A stretch of DNA of 63,931 nucleotides, counting the filler, from Lenisia limosa (Eukaryota; Protista; Breviatea), in the NCBI GenBank assembly GCA_001655205.1. It is 13 parts of 13 records of this genome, joined end to end, with 100 filler letters (N's around TTAATTAATTAA, not from the genome) between each part and the next. Parts side by side here need not be neighbours in the genome. Positions count along the whole stretch, not along the records: positions 56,557 to 58,147 come from LPNZ01006071.1; positions 58,248 to 60,172 come from LPNZ01001223.1; positions 60,273 to 62,121 come from LPNZ01010189.1; positions 62,222 to 63,931 come from LPNZ01002375.1; 9 more parts are not named here. One strand, 5' to 3'. Shown piece after piece: positions 56,572 through 63,931 of the stretch (position 1 is the stretch's first letter; every line of letters starts with the position of its first letter). The notes beneath the pieces were generated by a model. That model worked only from the letters and a program-made list of their open reading frames with translations, ran no database searches and had not been told where the DNA came from. A program made the position numbers and the translations under genes.

Positions 56572-58028
56572 CTGTCCTAGTTGCCCTCGAGGCAGGTGCG
56601 TGTCCTAACGCCTGGAGTGCCGAAACAGGACTCACTGCCCTTGCTATCGCTGCCACTGGTTGGGGCTGGTTCCAGAAATACAGCTAAACAAAATCGATGC
56701 TTATTGTAATTCTCGAATTTTAATAATGCTGTTAATTGTTGGAAGCAAATACGCCTCTTTACTGGTTCACCAAATAGGAGGAGGAGTCCCACCTACATCC
56801 CTTGAAAAGTACTCCACCACTCTCAATAAGAAGAAAGACGGTCCCAAACAGCTCAAGCCTAAAACCCCTGCATATCGCCTTAGTGGCCCCCCTCCCTCTC
56901 CGCAGTACGCTATTTTTCACAAATTGTATTTTTTTGATACACTGGAGAAAGAACAACATGAGGGGAATGATGACTCACTACACAACTATTGAATCATTGT
57001 TTTTTTCTTTTGAATTTTGTATTTCTTATTTGTTTCATGAATGCAATGAATGGGGAAACCTTATTATTTCTACGTAGCATTTCATCTAAAAAAAAACAGG
57101 ACTCCAGACCCACCTGTCTCCATTGTTCGTCTCCTCCTTGAAAGGGGTGCAGTCTGTGACTATCGCTTCGGTAAAAAGAAACGTACTGCTTTGAGAATGG
57201 CCCTATTAAGTGGTATGTGCTTTTCTATAATTTATTTATCCATACACCATACCACGTATTACCACAGTTTTCAAATAAGAAAAGTGTATGTTGCATTCTT
57301 ACATTGTTGGGGAGAGTTGATATTCCTAAGATGCCCCTATAATAGTCTCAAAACCTGTTTTCTTATTGGTTTAGGGAACGGAGATTGCGCAGAACTTCTG
57401 GTTTCTGAAGGTCAATCTGATCCTCTTGGTGTGTTTGTTTTCAACTTTGGTTTTACATTGCAAACAAAACCTCCATCTGCTAAATAATACACTCATGCTG
57501 AAATAATGGATTATTCCTCATTGTACCGTATGTTACTAGTTCAATCAATACACGAGCTTCACTGCACAAAGATTATAATCCTCCTAATTTCAATTACAGC
57601 ACGGGATATTAGCGGCCAAACCGACTTCGAGTTCGCTGTTGCCAAAGGCCATGCACCTACCGTTAAAGCCATGTTGACGAGCGCTAATAAGAGCTGGGTA
57701 TGCTGCTTCCAAACTGGGGAAGGGGGGGGGGGGNNNNNNNNNNNNNNNNNNNNNNNNNNNNNNNNNNNNNNNNNNNNNNNNNNNNNNNNGGTATGTATTC
57801 ACTATACTATTTGAGCAGCAATTCCCTCTCACCAAAACAATACACACGTTATCTATGTAGAGCGTCCCAATTGGATGTCTCACCAATGCCACCGAGGCCA
57901 ATTTTCCGGACGTAGTGGAGGCTTTAGTTCGTCTTGGGTCTGGTATCAAGCGTGGTGAAGCGTCCAAAGCCGTGTTAATTGCCGCCAAATCTGGTTTCAC
58001 GGAGTGTCTCTACCATATTCTTGAGAAG
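56572..58028 (+). CDS. Ankyrin-repeat protein, internal part
   Basis: Exons ALEAGACPNAWSAETGLTALAIAA, IVRLLLERGAVCDYRFGKKKRTALRMALLSGNGDCAELLV, ARDISGQTDFEFAVAKGHAPTVKAML and VVEALVRLG...KAVLIAAKSGFTECLYHILEK. Confidence 0.8.
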
Positions 58029-58247
58029 GTAAGTGTATCACTCAGTATAGCCTCGGTACTTTAAACCTTCTTGTGTGGGTATTATCACCTGGCTCCTTGA
58101 TTACTTTTAATAGTGTGATGTTGTGGTACAAAAGAATAGACCTTACCNNNNNNNNNNNNNNNNNNNNNNNNNNNNNNNNNNNNNNNNNNNNTTAATTAAT
58201 TAANNNNNNNNNNNNNNNNNNNNNNNNNNNNNNNNNNNNNNNNNNNN

Positions 58248-59900
58248 CCATTTCACCGGCTATCAACCCCGATGTACCCCTGGATAACCCTGATATATTG
58301 ACCATAAAGTGAGGGTCGTGTATTTATGTATTTGTAATGAAAATATGTTTATTATGGGAATACCACAGACGAAAATATCTTAGTGGGGTGGCTTTACAGC
58401 ATTAGGAGTAGGGCTTCACTTCGGTTTGAAAAAAGACTGCATTTCTAGAAAAAATCCTCGAAAACTATCGATATTTTACCGGTCTTTTTCGAACCGAAGT
58501 GAAGTCCTAATTAGGAGGGTTGCAATTTTGAGATTCCCCTCTATCTGCATTTTCTGGGTGTTTCTATGTGAAATTAATGAATATATTCCTATCCTCAGGA
58601 TTGCCGTTGTCCCTGGTTAATTTTAGTATCAAACAACCTGAGGGGGTCTAAGCTGGTCCCTCGCAAACTATTTGTTAGCAAAACCGTTGGAATTTGACTG
58701 AATATTTTAACGCACGCAGGATAGTGGTGGTTACGATATCGCTGATGGCCCCGCCAGTGGTACTTCGGACCCTCTATTTGGCCTCTGTCGTCTCAGGATG
58801 GCTCACCCTGGCTCTGTCTATTGCCATCTTCTACGCCAATGGTGGGGTGAAATTAGAGCTCCGTGCAATTACTTTTTTGAGGCAATCAATTGACAAAATT
58901 GGAAATTAAAGTGTCTGGAATAGGGTTTTCGTTAAATATGTCCGACTTCAAATTTTGAAATTAATTTTTCAATTAATGAGCCTTAAATGTTATTGACCAA
59001 GGGTCTGTTCTGGTTCTTCTACCACAGTGGTGAGAAAGGCTCACTACGGTTACGTCACCGGTATTTAGACATGCATAGGGATTAATACGCACCCCCAGAC
59101 ATAACACATATCACATGTATATTTCATCATCTTTCCGGCTTGTCTAAATATGAGGTCCACTTGTTTTTGAACTCGTAGATGACCCCTCCATTTTTCAAAA
59201 ACTGGTCTAAAAATTCAACTTTAAGCTTCTTTTTTTTCAAAACTACTGGTTCAAAAAAAAGTGGACCTCATATATGGTTGTGCCATCTTACCACTCAGAT
59301 ATCAGCATTACCACCCCAGATATCACATAGCATAACATTTTTACCACTCCAGACATCAACGTATGGACCAACACTCCGGTCGGAGGCGTAATGCTCTATC
59401 TGATTCCTTTCAACATTCTGCTCAAGTAGGCTGGATGTTGAACCCCATTAAATAATCACTTTATGGAAGCCAGATTGCACGGTGAAACCATGTCTTTCTC
59501 GCTTCAAGAGCCATAGTAAACGTGAAAATAAGGATTCATCATGGGGCATTTCATCGCCAAACTCGATGGCTCTCAATATTTTACCACAATCGTAGATCCC
59601 TATACATACATGTCCTCACTAATGCTTCACTTCGGTTCGGGAAAATATTGATAGTTTTTGAGGATTTATCGAGAAATTCAGTCTTTTTTCGAACCGATGT
59701 GAAGCCCTAGATCTCACATAACTCGAGATCCCTATACATGAATACACGAGAAATTCAGTCTTTTTTCGAACCGAAGTCCTCACCATTTCAGCTACGTGAT
59801 AAGGCGATCTGAGATCCATAGCCGTCTTCTTTTCACCAAGACGCAAGCCCTCAACTCCGAACGAGACATGCTTCAGAGCCATTTGGGGCATATTGCCCAG
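58248..59900 (+). CDS. Multi-exon membrane protein fragment
   Basis: Hydrophobic exons (IVVVTISLMAPPVVLRTLYLASVVSGWLTLALSIAIFYAN; GFIMGHFIAKLDGSQYF) followed by YVIRRSEIHSRLLFTKTQALNSERDML. Confidence 0.5.
58409..58509. mobile_element. hAT-type MITE
   Basis: Perfect 8-bp TSD ATTAGGAG at 58401-58408 and 58510-58517; intact TIRs. Confidence 0.92.
59620..59709. mobile_element. hAT-type MITE (plus a partial right-end copy at 59745-59776)
   Basis: TSD GTCCTCAC / GATCTCAC (6/8). Confidence 0.82.
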
Positions 59901-60010
59901 GTTACCTCCCTTGGAAAGGTAGCAGGGGGGCATATTTAGGGTTTCCCTTTTGTCCGAACAAAAACGATAAAAATGGTCTGATTTTTGGGACAGGAAGAAA
60001 GCGCCGTCAC

Positions 60011-60108
60011 AAAAGCTTAAGTTCGGTTCGAAAAAATATTGAATTTCTCGATAAATCTTCGAAAATTATCGATATTTTACCGGTATTTTTAACCGAAGTG
60101 AAGCCCAA
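60011..60108. mobile_element. hAT-type MITE
   Basis: TSD GCCGTCAC / CCCGTCAC (7/8). Confidence 0.85.
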
Positions 60109-60848
60109 CCCGTCACGTGTCTGAGCAAGATAAGGGCTTCTCTCCTATATCAATTCTAAACCCCCAACATTCNNNNNNNNNNNNNNNNNNNNNNNNNNNN
60201 NNNNNNNNNNNNNNNNTTAATTAATTAANNNNNNNNNNNNNNNNNNNNNNNNNNNNNNNNNNNNNNNNNNNNTGTACTGCAGGTGTGTTATATACTGTTT
60301 ACGCTTTTACGTTGTTATTCACTTAGGTACACTTTTATACACGCTGCTGTACACTTTTATTCACTTTTATACACTCATTGAAAGACAATATTACATAAAA
60401 TCGCGCTTTATTCACTGATAGCATGACTAATCTGTATGCACAGAGTTGTAAGGCAAATGATTGGGTGAATTAATATTCACTATAATCCAATATCTCTTAT
60501 AAGCGTGNNNNNNNNNNNNNNNNNNNNNNNNNNNNNNNNNNNNNNNNNNNNNNNNNNNNNNNNNNNNNNNNNNNNNNNNNNNNNNNNNNNNNNNNNNNNN
60601 NNNNNNNNNNNNNNNNNNNNNNNNNNNNNNNNNNNNNNNNNNNNNNNNNNNNNNNNNNNNNNNNNNNNNNNNNNNNNNNNNNNNNNNNNNNNNNNNNNNN
60701 NNNNNNNNNNNNNNNNNNNNNNNNNNNNNNNNNNNNNNNNNNNNNNNNNNNNNNNNNNNNNNNNNNNNNNNNNNNNNNNNNNNNNNNNNNNNNAAATAAC
60801 CAATATTCATTCTCTATTCCCTGTTAAGTTTGGGCCTAACCCCATCAG

Positions 60849-61850
60849 AGTTCAGCACCGCAAACTCTGGCCGTGACACTGCCGGTACGGTCTCCATTCT
60901 GCCCAGTGGGAGGGTGATGAAGGAACTGGTGATACAGAGGTTGATAGTTTGCTGTATATGATATATAATATCACGAATCACATTACTTTTCATCCATGAT
61001 CCCCCTGGCCTGTGCTTTATTTGTTTTGTTGTTTTCAACAGAGCTGATTTGAACTTTTTTTTTTTGTTTCATAATTTTCCAATTTTACCCCCCAGGTATG
61101 CTTCCGAGATGAGGATGAAGATGAGGTTATCCGAGCCGCTTCCTGCCAGCTCTGCATCAATCCTCACGCAATTGAAAACTCGCAAAGCCTCGACCCTAAC
61201 GCCGAAATGACCCCCCAGGTTTGTGGCTTGGGCTTTCCTTCGTTCCGAAAAAGACCAGTAAATTATCGATATTTATCGAGGATTTATCGAGATATTCTTT
61301 TGGGATCGTAGGGAAGCCCTATCCCTCTGATGTTGGGTTCTCCCCATTATCCCCAACAGAGTTGATTTGGGCTTTTTTTTTTCTCACACAAATTTCCCAT
61401 TTTACTCCCCCCAGGACATGGCTTTNNNNNNNNNNNNNNNNNNNNNNNNNNNNNNNNNNNNNNNNNNNNNNNNNNNNNNNNNNNNNNNNNNNNNNNNNNN
61501 NNNNNNNNNNNNNNNNNNNNNNNNNNNNNNNNNACCATTTGTCTATACACCAGGTATGCTGGGTTAAGGCAAATGATTGGGTGGATTAATAATCGAATAT
61601 CTCTTCATAGCGTGATGGTGAATGGCTTCCCAAATGCCGTGTTTTATTTCTGACCTCTGTATATATACCAGGTTTGTGTCAACCTTCCAGATGCGGAAGG
61701 TGGCTAGGTTTTCTTCTGCTACTTACCATATTAGGAAGGCGTTACGGACCAGTCCTTGCGATATCTTGCCGGGCGTGGAGGGGCCCGGGCCTTACATACC
61801 GGCAGCGTTGACTCCTGCATGTCTTGGCATGATGAGGCGGCCGACTCAAA
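60849..61850 (+). CDS. Hypothetical protein exons (may continue the 58.2-59.9 kb gene across the scaffold gap)
   Basis: In-phase exons FSTANSGRDTAGTVSILPSGRVMKEL|VCFRDEDEDEVIRAASCQLCINPHAIENSQSLDPNAEMTPQ|DMA...TICLYTR|FVSTFQMRK|EGVTDQSLRYLAGRGG. Confidence 0.6.
61228..61321. mobile_element. hAT-type MITE, diverged copy (intronic)
   Basis: Recognisable TIRs and internal ATCGAT / GGATTTATCGAGA motifs; TSD not evident. Another very decayed copy lies near 45301-45360. Confidence 0.7.
61554..61671 (+). repeat. Family B element constituting a whole predicted intron
   Basis: GTATGCTGGG...GGCAAATGATTGGGTGGATTAAT...ATCTCTTCATAGCGTGATGGTG...TTTTATTTCTGACCTCTGTATATATACCAG. Its removal joins two exons in frame. 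Confidence 0.7.
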
Positions 61851-61941
61851 GTTGGTGGTCCCGGGAATTGTTTTCATATTCCCACAATTATCCCTTGGAT
61901 TCTCTTCTTTTGTTTACCAATCATGAACTTACACATATCAC

Positions 61942-62039
61942 TCGGGCTTCCCTCCGGTCCGAAAAGGACGGTTAAAATATCGATATTTAAAGAGGATTTA
62001 TCAGGAAGTTCAGACTTTTTTGGGACCGTAGGAAAGCCC
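61942..62039. mobile_element. hAT-type MITE, diverged copy
   Basis: TSD CATATCAC / CTTATCAC (7/8), right TIR shortened. Confidence 0.75.
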
Positions 62040-63307
62040 CTTATCACTGATCTCATTTTGTCACTCCCCCCACCCTTATATTCTTCTCTTACGTACGCTG
62101 GAGTGATGGGATGCGGTGCTGNNNNNNNNNNNNNNNNNNNNNNNNNNNNNNNNNNNNNNNNNNNNTTAATTAATTAANNNNNNNNNNNNNNNNNNNNNNN
62201 NNNNNNNNNNNNNNNNNNNNNTTAGTAAGAAGCGCCCTTGATTTAATGGAGAGGCAGCCAAGAAAAGGAAAGAGCAAGACCCAATGTAGATCTACCCTGC
62301 TCTGTAAGTACTCTCAAAGAGTCGTTATTGAGTTTGGATGACGTTGAGGAGGATTAAGCAAAGAGCTGTTGTTCTTTCCGTTATAATTTTTTACAAGAGG
62401 ATAGAATTGTTTTGCAACCTAAAAATAGACATTTCCAATGAAAATGGGTAGAAAGAAAGAGGTTTAGTCATCAGAGTAATGATCAGGAACAAAACATACA
62501 CTCTGGAAGCGTGACACGCTGGTCCACTACTCCCAAAACAACAGCTACCTCCCTGTAGGTGACAAGGGTGGTCGTCATCAATTAGGAGGTCGTGATTACG
62601 GCACCAATCCCAAAGAACCATACAGATCAAGAAAAGAAAAAGGAGAGGATCTTTCAAAATGAAACAATAAGAGATCAAAAACACAGTTATTCTTAATAAT
62701 AAGAGCAAGCCAACTCTAGAGAGGTTTGGGGGAAGAGTCTCCAGGAGGAAACGAAAGTGGGAGTCAATTAAAGAAGTAAATTTGGTTGTACAATATCAGC
62801 TTTATAATGCTGTAGAGTTGAGGGATTCAATGAAGAAAAGTCACTTACACTACAGTTATCCCAACTTTCGCGTTCCTCGGACATGGTGGCCTAATTCCTC
62901 GGCTGCATCAACAGCCTCAACAGCCTCAGCGCTGTGGGAGTGGAAGACATCGCCTCCAGATTCGGAAATGTCACCAAAAAACAAAAAAAAAATTGAGGGT
63001 AGAACTGGGCGGTGAATCCCTAGAAAAACATTATTATTCCCTACTTTTCTGTCATGTATTGAACCTTGTCATTTTTATATATAAAAAAAATATGTATTGA
63101 ATACAAGACAAGAGAAACAAATTCACATTAGGATCATATGTCGGGGAAAGCATCTGGATGCGTGACGAAGGACCTCGTCCTCTCTAGTAGATTCAGGTGC
63201 CAAACTTCTTCTTTAGCGACCAAACACCATCATGGCCACTTGAAACCGTAGTCAACTTAACAACAAAGTCCTGCTTCAAAAGAAGAACAAATAGAAGAAT
63301 AAAATGG

Positions 63308-63372
63308 GACCACGGGCGGAGTCGAACCGCGACATAGTGGATACCCAATTGACCACTTGGCCAACCATGAAT
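63308..63372 (-). pseudogene. tRNA-like remnant (A box and B box, truncated anticodon arm)
   Basis: Reverse complement has TGGCCAAGTGG and GGTTCGACTCC followed by TTTT, but it does not fold into a full cloverleaf. Confidence 0.35.
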
Positions 63373-63442
63373 TTCAATGTACAAATTTTTTTGACAGTTC
63401 CTTAAAGCGTAGTTAAAGGACATTTTTTGCGCGCCTTTTTTT

Positions 63443-63520
63443 TAGTGGCCAAATGGGATAAAGATCGATTCAAGACTGTTTTTGGGCTCGAGGTCAAGGG
63501 TTCGAACCCCGGAGTGGTCA
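63443..63520 (+). pseudogene. tRNA-like remnant (Arg-like D arm, B box, no 5' acceptor strand)
   Basis: AGTGGCCAAATGGGATAAAG ... GGGTTCGAACCCCGGAGTGGTCA. The 5' acceptor strand is replaced by a T run. Confidence 0.35.
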
Positions 63521-63931
63521 AAAAAAATTCAAAAAGGAATTTTCTTTTTTCTTTAGTGGTCACCCTTCTTTTCTTTTCTCTCTGTTCTCTTCATTTAAGA
63601 GTTGTCAATCGTCTAACACATATCCAAAAACACTTACAACTTGTATAAAGCTGTTCGCACTGTAAGAAAGCTGAAAGATTCACTATTAGAAAAATCGTTC
63701 TTTGATCTTGCCACATCCCCCTTTTTCGCTTCTCAGCGCATCGCAGGAACATTTTGAGGAATAAAAAGGGAATTCATTTAAGTGTTGATATTATCCTTCG
63801 ACGTCTGGATGAACAAAGATATTTATTGTTAAAGCCTTTAATCAACTTCATGAACCTGCCTGCATCTGCTCTAATGATGTCTTGCTTGTGGACATTTTAC
63901 ACTATCAGATTGCAACGATGAGTCAAAATTC

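Overview
Draft-assembly window from an AT-rich, extremely intron-rich eukaryote. It is not prokaryotic, and I found no CRISPR array or rRNA. Genes I could reconstruct exon by exon: LRMDA/C10orf11-like (start of window), glutamine:fructose-6-phosphate amidotransferase (GFAT, minus), a C11orf65/MFI-like IQ protein, KIF-binding protein (KIFBP), a complete 9-exon GNAT acetyltransferase of bacterial YjcF/ElaA type, a citrate synthase with at least 20 exons, the 3' end of BUB3, an ankyrin-repeat protein and several orphans. There is one tRNA-Gly(TCC). Mobile DNA is abundant: a piggyBac relic, pogo/Fot1-type DDE_1 transposases (one intron-containing and largely open), about 13 copies of a ~100-bp hAT-type MITE with 8-bp TSDs, a ~73-bp TA/CAGTG MITE and a ~660-bp element with perfect 43-bp TIRs. 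The most unusual signal is in the introns. (A) A ~60-nt motif ending in TTTTCCAATTTTAC(n)AG forms the acceptor end of about 10 unrelated introns, occurs once inverted at a donor end, and one intron has 16-bp terminal inverted repeats. (B) A ~170-bp interspersed element starts with GTATG, carries a branch-point-like motif near its other end, and in one case makes up an entire intron. Both are candidate intron-generating (introner-like) families. That reading is inference, not proof. Limits: many exons next to G/C homopolymers are lost in N gaps, twelve N-TTAATTAATTAA-N scaffold linkers break genes so contig adjacency is unverified, CDS coordinates are gene spans including introns, and homologies come from manual motif recognition, not searches.
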